DNA from: Monocercomonoides exilis PA203 | Lineage: Eukaryota; Protista; Preaxostyla | NCBI GenBank assembly: GCA_001643675.2 | Contig: LSRY02000060.1 | Coordinates: forward strand, 62,001-126,000 | DNA length: 64,000 nucleotides | Direction: 5' to 3' | In this document: piece after piece, positions 1-12,677 of the stretch | Layout of the letters: each line of letters starts with the position of its first letter | How positions within the stretch are numbered: position 1 is the first letter of the stretch | Notes under the pieces: model-generated | What the model saw: the letters and a program-made list of their open reading frames with translations, nothing else | What the model was told of the DNA's origin: nothing | Database searches by the model: none | Position numbers and translations under genes: made by a program

Positions 1-1907
1 CAATATCCAATCGTTTTACAAGGCATCGTCTCATTAATTCCGCATAATTCATTCGAGTCATTTCCATTCTCTCCAACATAAATTGTTTTGTCCTTCAGCC
101 AATCCTTCTTTTCTATCTGCTGATTACCATTATAATAATAGCACACTCTCTTATCATTAGTATTTGTTGTGTAAGATTCGTAGAACGGATTGTTCGATGA
201 AAAAAGATTGTAATAATCTGAAAAATACACATCATGGCCATATGGAGTGGAAATTCTTGTACATCTGCAATCGTGGAAGAAGAAGAAATAGCAATAAATG
301 TTGTTGCTTGGAGCTGTTTTTTGACTCGTGTGAAAATCCAATCCTCCGCCACATGAATATGTAGAGCACGAAATGAACTGAATACTTCTCATTTTGAATG
401 CAGATGGAACACTTTGACAATACATCCCTCCGCCAATTGAACCTGTTGAGCACGAAGTGAATAGACACTCAAACACACAAGCACTCTCCCCTTTGCCGTT
501 TTCTGTTCCGACACATCCAGATCCAGAAACATAAAAAGTGTTAAGATAAAGTCCTCCTCCAAAACTTTTCGCTTTGCAATTCCGGAATTTACACCCACTG
601 ATCCTGACACATGACGAAATCGAATAAACATACATTCCTCCTCCAGTACTATTTTGTGCAGTGCAAGCATTGAATGAGTTGTTCTCAATCTTGATTGAAC
701 TGATCGAATAGCAAAAAATTCCTCCCCCATCAGAAGATGCAGTGCAGTCATTGAACGAACAAAATCTCACTGAAAGTGTTCCTGATGAAATACTATACAT
801 GTTTATCGCTCCTCCATTCGAAGCCCTATCTGTAACTGTGCTTTGATTTCCAGTGGTTTTTGAGCCATTCCACACGCACCAGGTGAATGAATTCGCCCCA
901 TTGTCTGTAATCTGCTGTCTCGCTGGTTTCGATGGATTCCCCTCGCTCCCGCTGACTGCAACATTCTGAGTGCGATAGCACCTGGTAAATGAGGTGTTCG
1001 AGGCAGACAACGAAGATGAAGGGCTGTTCAGCGATGGGACAATGCCCCCATCATAAACATCCCACACCGATGAAAACAAGCACCCACTCATCAGAAATGC
1101 TCTTTCGTTCAGCCCTTCAGCCAGATGTGTTGTTTTCGATGGATTTGTGGAGATGTTGAAGAATTCTAATTGGGAAAGAGAAACAAAGTGAAATGAGATG
1201 AATGGGGCTGAAGATACACAAAATGATGAGAATTGTGAAGAACAAACAGAAATGAAGCATTTCTCTGAAATCTCTCCTTCCACTGCTTTTGAAGAGAAAA
1301 GTGGAGGAAATATCTGTTCTGTCAAGGTTGAAGATGATCTGAGGGAAATGTTGGTGAACAATCCACAGCTCCCACACAAATCAAAGGGGGGTGTCTCTCT
1401 CTCAACTCCAATTACACATCCACTCACCTCAACAAAACTTCCATTTGATGCCCTGAGCACACTCTCCCCATCCATTTCCCTCAATCCCAATGAATTCAGT
1501 TTCATTGATGAATTGACCAAAACAACACTTCCCTCAACCCCACTCCCACCGCACACACCCTCCTTTCCCCACATTTTCCACTCTTCACAAAAACCCCATT
1601 TTCGAACTTTCCCAATCTCTCCCCTTCCTTCATTCCATTGTTTTGTGTATTTCTTCATCATTCTCCCTTCATTCCTGATTTCTCTCGCTCCTCCTTCTTT
1701 TCCTTCAATATATGTGTCGAATAAATTACTATCTCCATATTTGTTGTTTTGAGCCTTCTCTCGACATGTGCCTTCAGGATAATCCAATTCTCCTTCTTTC
1801 GCTGATTCCTCAACAAATCCTGCTCCATTACTTGCAGCACCCTTGCACACGCACCTCACACTAATTATCCACACGCAATAAAATATTCCTGACAACTTCA
1901 ATGTCAT
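1..1907 (-). CDS. Secreted/surface Cys-Ser-Gly-rich right-handed beta-helix (polymorphic-membrane-protein-like) protein, 5' part; runs off the window
   Basis: Manual translation from ATG 1907 (MTLKLSGIFYCVWIISVRC..., signal-peptide-like) is open to base 1 (>=635 codons). Repeated GGAI/GGGI/GGGM/GGGL motifs paired with CxFxxC, and YVGENGNDSNELCG...PCKTI at the edge. Absent from the ORF track, probably because there is no stop in the window. Confidence 0.85.
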   Translation of the reverse strand, partial: MTLKLSGIFYCVWIISVRCVCKGAASNGAGFVEESAKEGELDYPEGTCREKAQNNKYGDSNLFDTYIEGKEGGAREIRNEGRMMKKYTKQWNEGRGEIGKVRKWGFCEEWKMWGKEGVCGGSGVEGSVVLVNSSMKLNSLGLREMDGESVLRASNGSFVEVSGCVIGVERETPPFDLCGSCGLFTNISLRSSSTLTEQIFPPLFSSKAVEGEISEKCFISVCSSQFSSFCVSSAPFISFHFVSLSQLEFFNISTNPSKTTHLAEGLNERAFLMSGCLFSSVWDVYDGGIVPSLNSPSSSLSASNTSFTRCYRTQNVAVSGSEGNPSKPARQQITDNGANSFTWCVWNGSKTTGNQSTVTDRASNGGAINMYSISSGTLSVRFCSFNDCTASSDGGGIFCYSISSIKIENNSFNACTAQNSTGGGMYVYSISSCVRISGCKFRNCKAKSFGGGLYLNTFYVSGSGCVGTENGKGESACVFECLFTSCSTGSIGGGMYCQSVPSAFKMRSIQFISCSTYSCGGGLDFHTSQKTAPSNNIYCYFFFFHDCRCTRISTPYGHDVYFSDYYNLFSSNNPFYESYTTNTNDKRVCYYYNGNQQIEKKDWLKDKTIYVGENGNDSNELCGINETMPCKTIGY

Positions 1908-3189
1908 GCCTCTCCAACTGTTATCTTTTCTTTTTTCAGTCACAGACTAATATGGGTACTTCAACTATAAAAAAAAACATTCGAATTTCGTTGAATATCA
2001 TATTATTATATGAAAATAAATTTAATTCTTTGTTTGTTTTTCAACATTTATTTATGATCCGATGAATAATAGTGAATGATTCATCCATTTTTGTTTATGT
2101 TCTGATATTTCAGCCATCATTCTCCGTCCAGCGATATCTGCCTCTGAGATGGAACAACATATGATTAAGAGTATATAATTTTGATGATTGTATTTTCATG
2201 AGAAAAGGTATCAGGAAAAGAAATGACTTTTGTGAAGATTGATGAAAACAGATGAATGGAAGAGGTGCGAATGATGGAAGTTTTGCGATTCTGCACCACA
2301 TATAAATGTATGTCTTTTGGTGGATTATTTGTGATATTTTTATTTGAAGAGATTTTCGATGTTTTGAAAGAAATGATTGTTTTTGCCTCGATTAGCTGAA
2401 ATGGACACTTTTCACAGAAGGGATGGAATTTGTGGAACAAGGTTATATGAGTATTTGGGTTGGGATTTTGATGTGCTTTTCTTGAAGAAATAGATGGGAT
2501 TTCAGTTCAAGGGAAAGAGGCAGAATGAAGAAATGAGTGAAAATGGATATTTATTATTGAGACAAGGGAGCAGCAGGAAGGGATGCAATTTGCAATTGGT
2601 ATGTGACAAACTCTGTTTTATTGACTTTTTTCATGAAAATACAATTTGTTTTTTTTTTTTCTCATTTGATTGGATTTTGGAAGTTATTCGAGAAAATGCC
2701 GATAGATTCTGTTTGGCTGAAGATTTTTTTTTTTTGAAGAAAGAGATTGAAATGGGAAAATGAAGAAGAAAAGAACAAGCTGCATTGAAGATTATGGATA
2801 CAAATAATGGAAGAAGATGTTATTGAAACAATTCTTTCGAACGTTTTTGGTTCATCGTTCATCATCAACGTTTTGGAAGAGAAAATGGTTTTCTATTTGC
2901 TCATCAACTTATTCAAAGATGCGAGAAAGGCATGATTGAAAGGAAAAGAAGAAGGAATCTTTGTGCAGTTGAAGATATTTTCAATGCAAAAGCAAAGCAG
3001 GTTGCAATTGACAAGCGAGACAAAAAGAATAAGTGATTTATTCTCCCAACAAATTATCATTCCATTATATTTCAGTTTGTCTGTTTTTGCTTCGTCGGAT
3101 GGAGCTGTTGTCTCAACTTCTCTTTGCGATGCGCATTTTGTATGAGTTTTGTCTGTTTTGACAATCATCCTCACATTTCATTGTAAGCA

Positions 3190-3220
<31 letters not shown>

Positions 3221-3548
3221 CAACGTTTTTTATGATTGCACTTGCTTCGTGTTCATTTCGCACACCTGCACTTTTGTATTAAGATTATTTCACATTTTTG
3301 AGCAAAAAAATATTTTTTGAATTTTTTTTTTATCTTCATGATATTTTCTCCAAAAATCTCGCGAATGCAATTGAATTGAACAAAAATGATAATATTATTG
3401 TCACATAAGTAACATATGTAATAAGATAGCAACAGTGCTGGGGCATTTGAAGAGTTGTCAAAACGATTGATTGTTCCAACATTTTTTTGTTCGCTTTCTT
3501 GTTTGCTGTTTTTGCTCTGTTTCTGAGCTTTATGTGTTTTGTGTGCTC

Positions 3549-6500
3549 ATGGACAACGGAAAGAAGTTGACACCTACTGCACTGCCATCGCAGATAAAGC
3601 GTGTCAGGTCGCCGTTTGGGGGCAGAAGCACGCAATTGCGCTCGACGCCGTTCCAGCCTTCGAGCACAGCGAAGCGCGCTTCTGGGGCTGCAGGCGAGCA
3701 GACGAAGTTGCTGGATCGATATCTGACCCCTCTTCAAAGAGAGTATGTGATTGACTCAAGTGTGTGATTTGGGTATTTGTTGCTTTGTTTTTCGCGAGTT
3801 GGCTGTCTTCTGCGGGTGTGGGGTTTTTGTGCTGCACCAGCTGTTTCGGGACTGGTCTTTGAGGAGCAACGCGGGATAGAGGAAGACAGGGCTGGCGATT
3901 TGTGTGGCAGTTCCTTTGAATGATGGAAAGAAATGTGATTGAATTTTGTTTGGTGTATTTTTTTCAGGAACCCGCCGTCGCAGATTGACGACAGCGACTA
4001 CTTCATGAGCCGGGCGAGGCTGCTGGCATCGAGGAAAATAACGTTTGGGGCGATGGAGCGACGGGGGAGCTATTTTATGCCGATGGAGGGGAATATGTGG
4101 AGAGAGTCGCGAGGGCCGCTGGTGACGTTCACAAGGGAAGGGGTGAGGAGGCTGGGGGAGCCATTTGAAGAGATGATGGTGGCAAAGGAAACGAACTGGC
4201 CGGGGGGGGAGCAGATCATCCACAATCAGATGTGCATTGATGTGACGCTTGGAGATGTGGAAGAGATGCTGGGGAATGCGGCGCAGCGAGGAAGGAGAGC
4301 TGCTGCACCAGATACGAGTGGAGTATGCGTGTGTGTATGGCGAGCTGTGGAAGGAGCAAGAGGCGGGGGCAGAGCGGGAAGAGCGGCTGCGGGAAGAGCT
4401 GAAGAACAAGGAGGAAGATCTGTAGAGGACGAAGGCGAATGCGGCGCAGATGCTGAGCGAGACGTGCGTGAAGTACGAGGCTCAGGTAGCGGAGCTGGCG
4501 CAGCAAATCCGGGAGCTGAAGGAGCAGCACGAGGAAACGAAGCAGGAGATAGAGAAGCGGTACTCGGAGTTCAACATGCTGCTGCAGAAGATCCGGGACG
4601 ACGAGAGGATCTCGAAGCGGACGAGCGGGCTGGCGGAGCAGCTGCAGGAGAAGTACAAGATCATTCGAATGTGGGAGAGGAAGATCCTGGAGCTGAGCGA
4701 GAAGAATAACGAAGAGGTGAAGGAGCTGCAGGAGCAGCTGGTGGCGATGAAGGAGAAGGCAGCGCTGATTGATGTGGGGATTGAGAAGGAGAAGAAGCGG
4801 CGGACGCAGCAGGGCGGGGTGGTGAGCGAGGACAGCGAGGGAACAGGGTCAGGGGCAGATTCTGGAGCAGGGGCAGGGGTGCCGCTTGCCACGCCTTCTT
4901 CGTTGTCGTCTGCAGGGGGTGTGGTGATTCCGTCTTCGGCGTCGTTGATCCTGCCGTCGGGGCTGTGTGAAAAGTGCCAGGAGAAGCTTTCAGAGATCAT
5001 TAACGATGGAAGTGCTGTGATGCTTGGGCCAGACCTGAATGGGAAGGGGGTTGTTGCAAAAGTGTGGCGCGGGGTGAGTGTTGTGGGAGAAGCAAACAGC
5101 GGAGGAGGAGGAGGTGGTGGAAGAGTAGATGCAACGGTGCAGCAGAAGATGAACGAGACGGAGAAGGAAAATGAAGATGCTGATAGCGCTGTCGAAAGTG
5201 CAGGAGCAGACAATAAGCGAGCAGAAGGCGCTGTTCAAGGAGGTGATTGAGAAGTAGCAGACGGCGCTTGCGCAAAAGAAGCAGGAGCAGAAGAAAATGA
5301 AGGCGTCGTATGAAGAGAAGGTGGAGCGGCTGGTTGTTCAGGTTCGGGAGCTGGAGGAGCAGGTGTTGCGGGGGGAGATTGGCGGAGGCAGGGAAAGCGG
5401 GGCAGAGGAGAAAGGGGGGGGAGGGAGGGATGGGGCGGGGAGGAGGAGGAGGAGGAGGAGCAGAAGCGGAGGGGGAGAATACGAGGAGGCAGAGGAGGTG
5501 GAAAAGGCAGAAGAAAGAGATGCAAGCGCGGTGAACAGGATTCCGCTGTCGCTGCATGAGGATGCGAAGAGAGAGCGGGAGGACTGGATCCCAGCTGGGG
5601 CAGAGGCAGGGGCAGGGGCAGGGAAGGCGACTGTTGTGCAGCGGCTGTACATGCTTCTTGAGCAGACGACAGACAGCAGAGACCGGGAAGAGTCGGAGTG
5701 GCCTGTTACTTCGCGTGGTGGAACGGTGACACGGCAGCCAGGAGCAGGCACGGTGCCTTTGCCAAATGGGAAGACAGAGATGAAGTAGCTGATGAGCGCA
5801 GTGTCAGGGTCGCTGGTCCATGTGGCGTACGAAACGGCGCATGTGCTTCGGATTCCGCCCACGCGGCGGTCGTCAGTGCCGATGGAGCGGCTGCTGACGC
5901 CGCTGAAGACGGGGCTGCAGCCGTCGCTGGTGTGGACGCTGTCGACGATCCGGGGGATATACGGAGACAAGATCGCGGCAGACATGGGCGGGGGCAGTAC
6001 CGGGTGGGGAGAGGCAGGGGCGGGGAGGCAGGAGTTTGGGGACTTTGTGTGCATGTGGCTGGGGGAGAAGCACGCGGCGCAGAAAAAGAGCGAGGCGGAG
6101 CGGTGGGCGATGGTGTACGGGGTGGAGCTGTTCCGGAAGGACTTTGCGGAGGTGTGGCTGTTTGGGAAGTTTGTGCGGGAGGAGTTCACGGAAGACGAGC
6201 TGTCGTTCTTCCTGTTCTCCAAACCATCACTGTTTGAAAGAGGTGACGCCAAAGGAGTCCATGGAGGAGAGCGAGAACTTTCTGATGGTGTCGTTCTGAA
6301 TACTTACGATGTGCTCAGCGCAATGTTCAAAGGTGCGTTGGAGAAGAAAATTAAGATGTTTTTTTGGGGAGTTTGAATGTCTGCTGCGGAGAAGTGAGAG
6401 GCGAAAATATCAGTGTTTCTGGCGTTTTTGATAAACCACTACTGGGCAGAGACAGCGAAGTTGAAGCAGGTGATGAAAGCGCTGCATGATGCGATTCGTT

Positions 6501-7114
6501 GAGGCGATACATCGACTTCATCATCAGATGCAGCTTACAGAGGGACCACGAACAATGGGAAGAAGTATCTTCTGTGTGTGTGCTATCCGCAAACTCCACA
6601 GGCGCTGTCACAACGTTTCTTCCTGGATGCATACCGGCTGTCGGGCTGCTGTCTACCATTATATGCATCTGTGCTGGAGGTGTGCAAGCGAAACGTCTTC
6701 TTCACGCTGTGTGTGCTGTTTCTGGATGTGTGCGACGCGGCAGACCGGCGGGCGCCTCTGACGGCGTCTGAGAACAGCGCAGTTGTGAAGACGATGAGCC
6801 GGCACCTGGCGCTGCTGAAGCCGGCGCTGGACGATCGGGTGCGGGTGCTTTCGGGGGTGTCTGCGGGGGTGTCGGGAGGGGTGCTGACAGGGGCGGGGCT
6901 GAAGCGGAGGGTGGAGGCGGTGCAGTCGGCGGTGGGGAAGAAAGAAGGGCGGCGGGCGCTGTTCCGGATGGTGCGGCTGCTGGTGGAGCTGGTGGGGCTG
7001 CCATTGGGATGCATACGGCAAGCAGCACAGTCTTTCAAGGCGATGGCGTTGAAGAGGGAGGGAGAAGGAGACAATGCTTTATCATCAGCTTCATTATCAT
7101 TGTCAACATCGTAG
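3549..7114 (+). pseudogene. GC-rich coiled-coil protein pseudogene
   Basis: ATG 3549; in-phase GT-AG intron 3743-3967 (or 3760-3840 plus 3902-3967). Coding-like GC-rich sequence with frameshifts near 4260 and 5170 and in-frame TAG at 4423, 5255 and 5786. A homologous decayed copy lies at 57900-59760. Confidence 0.7.
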
Positions 7115-7718
7115 CGATTGTAGCCTTCTTTTCCTTATTCTTCCTCTTCTCCGATTTCCAAGTTAAACATTTTTATTGCCTTCAGATGATGCAAACGGAT
7201 TGTTTTAACTTTTGGAAATGGAAATGTTGAAGAATGAATAAACAGGCAGAGGAAAGCGTTTGGGTTGAATGTTTCTCTTAACCTGAAGCAGCATCAACAT
7301 CGTTGTTTGCTGGTTTTGTTGTATTTTCAACATTCTCTGAAGGTTTCTGATTTTCCTTGAAAGCAAAGGAAGCATTGAGAAAACACAATTTTCTTTTTGC
7401 CAATGAGCTGAAAAGAGGTTGTTTTTCTCAAAACAATCAAAAGAATGAATGGAGAATTTGAAACAAAAAATATTTGTCAACTCATTTTGGGAAGAACTTT
7501 GGTGAAAGAAAGAAGGAAACGGAGAAATTCATAATTTATAATATTTTAGTTATTTTCATTTAGAAAAACAAAAATTGAATCTTATTTTTGTTGTTATTTC
7601 TTCGCTTCATTTTGATGAATTTGGATAATAAATCACTTTAAGCAAACATATGAATATTAATTTTTGTACCGTTGATTGAAATGAAAAAATAAAAAGATAA
7701 AAATTTCGATGAATTTCT

Positions 7719-9169
7719 TCAAATGTAAACAGAATAATCAGAAATATTCAATGATAAAAAATAATTATAATTTCCTTTAAAGAACTCTAAAGTTTCATGA
7801 AAGCTGGTGATGACATCTTCGTATCCTTCTTCCTCCATTTCTTCAAAAAACTTCCTTTTCGTTGCATTTCTTTTCATTTCTTCCTTTTCATCTTCATTCT
7901 TTTTTTCCAATCGATTTGAAACGCTCATAAAGAATTGTAAGCAATCATATACTATTTCTTTATTCATCGTTGGTTGATGAATTTCCTCTAAAAAGGCATT
8001 GGAAACTCCTCCTTTCAACAAGTCCTCGACTTTCACAACTCTTCTTTCTGCTGCATTAAATAAGGAACAAATGCACCAATCGCTGATTTCTCTTTTATTT
8101 TGTCTTGCTGCTCTATATACCTGAACAATGCTGATGAAAAGACCAACAAATTCTTCATTCCTCAATTGACAACTGAAAAAATAAATCGCTAACGTTTGGA
8201 TCCATCTCCTGATTACCAGCACTTCATTCGCTTCTTCTTTGTTCATTTCCTCTTCTTTCTTCTTCCAATCCACATTTCTTGTCAGCTCTTCCAATTCTTT
8301 TGTTGCTTCTCTTCCAAAATGCATCTCATTCAAAATCTCTCCCTCCAAGCTATAGTCAACCCGATGTCGGTAAATCAAAAAGTCCCAAGTAGACTGATAG
8401 GCCAGTTGTGAAAGATTTCTGTGTTTCTGCTGATGTTCGATGATTTCTGTAATCTCCTTCAAATACAGTTCTCGTTCGATAAACTAATAAGAAATAAGAG
8501 GGGCAAAAAAGTTAATATAATAAAATTGAAAAAGAAATGTTCACACCAAAAATTGAGTAATACAACTCAAAGCCAACAAAGCCATTTCCACTTCTTTCTG
8601 AGCCTCCTCATTTTCCTCTTTCTTCGAGGCAACTTTCAAAAGACAAGGTACACAAATTGAAATCATTTCAGGCGATATGCAATAATTCAACAATATATCG
8701 CATTCACAAAGGTTAACAAGAAGCTTTTCATTCTTTTCTTCTTTTTTCTTTTCTTCTTCAATAATCATTCTCTCAAATCTTCTCAATTGAGAATGATTAA
8801 CACAACTACTCCACTTGTTTTTCAGCGCTTTGCAATATCCAATGCTCTTCAACAACAAAATTTCATTTTCCAACGGTAGCTTCTTATCTTCATTCATTTT
8901 GTTTATTTTATTGAACATTTCTTCAGCGTAAACAGATTCTAATTCTTCTTCGTTCATTCTATCAACAAGTCCATTCATTTCTTCGATAATTTGTTTTTGC
9001 CCCTCACAACCACAGCATTCCAATTTACGAAATAATTCTTCCAAAATTATGTTAACGAACAAAGGTGGTGCTTTCAAGCAACATTTAATATTCACAAACT
9101 CGAAAATTTCTCTGCAAGGGAAAGCTCCTGAACATCATTATTGGTTTTTATTTCATCATATATTTCCAT
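7719..9169 (-). CDS. Lineage-specific alpha-helical multigene family protein, copy 1 (3 exons, ~441 aa)
   Basis: Exons 9169-9100, 9037-8547, 8483-7719; introns 62 and 63 nt, GT-AG, in phase. Family motifs CVPCLLKVA..KEE.EE.QKEVEMALLAL, H.NL..LAYQS.W, EMEEEGYEDVI. Confidence 0.85.
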
Positions 9170-11139
9170 TCTGTTTATTGACTCAAAGATTAATTTATTG
9201 TAAAATATCGCATACAAAACAAAAAGCAAAAACAACAAACAATGTTGATTATTGTTGGAATATAAATACAGCAATACAACAAGAATTCCTTTGCTTTTAA
9301 AAAAAAATATGAAATCGAAATCACAAAGAAGCCAACGATATAGGCTATTTTAAGCAAGCAAGAAAGAGTTTAATTTCTTTCTGATCAAGCTAACAATAAT
9401 TTATTTTTAGGATCTGGATTGAATTTCGATGAAATTTTGAACGCATTGGAAAATATCCAACATGTTTAGCATTGAATATTAAAAAAATATCTATTTAAAC
9501 ATTCTGATCCACATGAAGAAGAAGCGAAAAAACTTTGAAAAGAACAAAACAAAGAAGAGACAAAAAAGCAACAGTTTGTTCATTAATCGTGTGTGTGCTT
9601 CAATGCCCTTTTTAAATCAAAACATATTTGTATTTCAATTTTGACACTCACATTTTGTTTCATCTGGAAGCTTTCCTTCATCGAAATGATTTTTTCTGTT
9701 ATTTCAGAGTGTTTGCTGGTTTCCATGAATGTTTCAAATTTAATGTGTTGAGAAAAGTTATATGATATCTGGATAATTTTGTTATTAGTTTGCTTCTTGA
9801 ATGGGTTGTGCAAGCTGAAGGAAGATTGATGGAAGGGAATCAAGCTTTCAATAATTCACATTTTTGATGGTGCTCGAGCGCATGATAATTGAACGCATAA
9901 GAGAATTTATCAAGACAACATTGGGCTGCATTGTTAGTAGAGCATTGAAAGAGATTTTATTCCAAAAGGCTTGGAGGATGAGAGAAGATGAAGAAATTCG
10001 AGATGGAAAAGGGAGGTTAATTCAATATGCGAAACCAAGCACATGGGGAATTTTGAGAACGTTGAAATCTATTAAAAACTTCGTGGAAATGCCAATCGAT
10101 GCGTTTTTTTCTGTAAAGACGCTTGTTTCATTTTTCGGAAAATCATCATTTTGGGTTGTTTTGATGGCTGTTGTTGATTCACCGATTTCGGTGTGGATTT
10201 CGAGGCAAACCTTGAAGCCACATGGAAGAAGAAGAAACGAATCAAAAAGACAGAACAGATAACGATAGAAATGTTTGATCAAATTATGTGTGCAATTCGT
10301 TAGATGTTGCATTTGAACAATTTTTATTTAAATAAGAAAGAAAGAAAGAAAGAGAACAAGAATAAAATAACTCAAACTTTTTTTCAATGATAATTTCTAA
10401 TTTTTTTCTTTTCTATTATATCTCTTTTTTTCTTTCATTTTTAGTGTTGCACAGAAGTTCTTTTGACTTTTGCAAATAAAAAACAAATGGTTGAGAAGAA
10501 ATGATAAAAGGCAGACTGCTTCGATCAGAGGGGCGAGAAGAAAATCTTAATTTTTTTGAAAAATGGTATTACCTCATTTATTGATGAATATTTTTATCTT
10601 TTATTTCTTTTTCTATCTTTTATTTTAAAAATTTTCAATTAACTTTGTGAACTTAAAAAACTTCACTCAAAAACGGATTCGTCTTGCAGATCCTTATCAA
10701 TTCAGACTCAGCATCTTGCAGTAACTTGCGAAGACACTCATCCTCATCGTATTTGTTGGACTGTGTTTTTTTTGACAGCATCTGCTATTGAATGTGTCTT
10801 TCTTATTTCTTTCCATCAAAATTGTTGAATCGCTCAGGATATCGCTTATATAGCAGCTGGATGGAAAGAAGACGCATTAGCAGAATGGAAATGCTGCTGC
10901 ATTCCGCTGAGTCTGCTTGCAGATGCGAAGGGGAAGGAGGAGTAGGAGGAGGAGAAAAAGAAGGAGAAGGAGAAGGAGAAGGAGAAGGGAAGAAGAAGAA
11001 GAAGAAGTTGAGAATAGAGTTATCAGGCCGTTTGGAATGAGAGTGGAGGAAATGGAGAGAGTTGAGGGAAGGAAATAAAGAAAAGGAAGAAAGGACTAAA
11101 AAGAAGAAAAAGATAATCACTATCATCATCAACTATTTA

Positions 11140-12160
11140 ATTGGTGACTTCATTGTCATTTTCTACTGCAGCTTCTGCTCCTTCCTCCACTCTTTTCGTT
11201 CCTTCTTCGTCTTGTTGTATTGCTTCTATGAACCGTCCTTAGTCTGCCCTCTTCCTCCTCCTCTTCTGCCTTCTCCTCTTATGATCCCACACAACATTTC
11301 CCTCTCTCTCCCAAGACATTCACACGCTCTCCTCTTCGGCCCTGTCGGCTGTGACAAGTCAGCACTGTTTGTATTGTTTCTGGGAGAGACTATCTGTTTG
11401 GAAGGGGAAGGTTATTTGAGGTGAAAGGTAGCTTATGTGCCTCGGGTGTGTAAGTTAAAATGGATAAAAATGAAAATAAATGATTTTTTGTTATTTATCA
11501 TTTTTTTTTCATTTCTAAATCAATGATAACCATATTATCATCATTTCTTTTGTTCTAAATATATTTTTACCTACCTCTTTCTCATATTCATCGTATGTCC
11601 TTTTATCCGTCATTTTCAACTCAGATTCCCTTCATCTTCAATGAAACCATCAAATCCAACAACCTCTTCTACACTCCCTTCATCCTCTTCCTCCACTCCA
11701 TTGTCATTCAAGCATTCTGTCTGGAACAAGACTTGGCCATTCTTTCAGGCGGAGATGAAGCAAATGTGGGCGAAAGAGGATACAACCTGTCTGGCGGGCA
11801 GCGAATGAGGATAGCTCTGGCAAGGGCTGTCTATTCATCGGCTGAGGTATTTGTGTTGGATGACATTTTGGCGAGTGTCGATGCTCATGTGGGACAAGCA
11901 CTAGTTGCAAAGTGCATCAACCAGCTGCTTAAAATAGAAGACTATCTTGTTCATCACACACCACATTAAAACATCTGCCTTATTTTGACACAGCCATCGC
12001 GATGAAGGAGGACGGAAGAATCAGAAAGACATGGAAGGCAGAGGAGTTTGCAGGGGTTGTGAAGGAGATTGGCGCGTTGGTTGAGGAGAATGAAAATGGT
12101 ATTGAAGAAGAAGAGGTGGAAGGAGAAAGGGAAAACATGGAAGATGGTTATAAAAGCAAT
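11140..12160 (+). pseudogene. ABCC/MRP-type ABC transporter nucleotide-binding-domain fragment
   Basis: Degenerate Walker A GPVGCDKS, TGA at 11422, intron-like gap to ~11625, then GERGYNLSGGQRMRIALARAVYS..VFVLDDILASVDAHVG (signature, Walker B, D-loop). Frameshift near 11940; no membrane domain recognised nearby. Confidence 0.85.
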
Positions 12161-12238
12161 TGAAAAAAAAAGACTGAAGATTCTGTTAGCATGACTTTGT
12201 CATCCTCATCATTGTCTTCTTCTAATTCTTCTTTTTCA

Positions 12239-12240
<2 letters not shown>

Positions 12241-12320
<80 letters not shown>
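12241..12320. repeat. (ATT)n microsatellite
   Basis: About 26 perfect ATT units read directly. Confidence 0.95.
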
Positions 12321-12677
12321 TAATAAGTGACAGACAAGGCAGAAAATGATTTGTCAGGTCAGACAGGTTTAAACAAATTAAATAAATAAATAGGAAATGT
12401 TCACTCATCCCCTCTTATTTTGTCAAATCCGATTCTAGTACAAATAATACTTTGCGTTCATAGAATCCATAACAACAATCTTTGAAAAATAAAGCGTTAT
12501 TTCTCTTCATTATTACGAATCAAAAATATTAATGCAAAAAATGACTGTACGATCACATATATTTATATGACAATTTAGAGATTATGTTTTCCGAATTCAT
12601 CATCTATGCAAACTTACGCGTATTCAATACGAATGATTAAAATTTCATTATTTTCCGAGTGCAATACATTTTTGAAA

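Noticed and set aside
2100-3174. Possible degenerate gene family shared with 9583-10312 and 38400-39540
   Set aside because: Composition is protein-like and there is a faint SxFL..QPIQ echo, but there are too many stops to build a model or establish homology by eye.
3756-7074. Long minus-strand and alternative-frame ORFs over the GC-rich gene
   Set aside because: Shadow ORFs expected in GC-rich coding DNA; the paralog supports the plus-strand coiled-coil frame.
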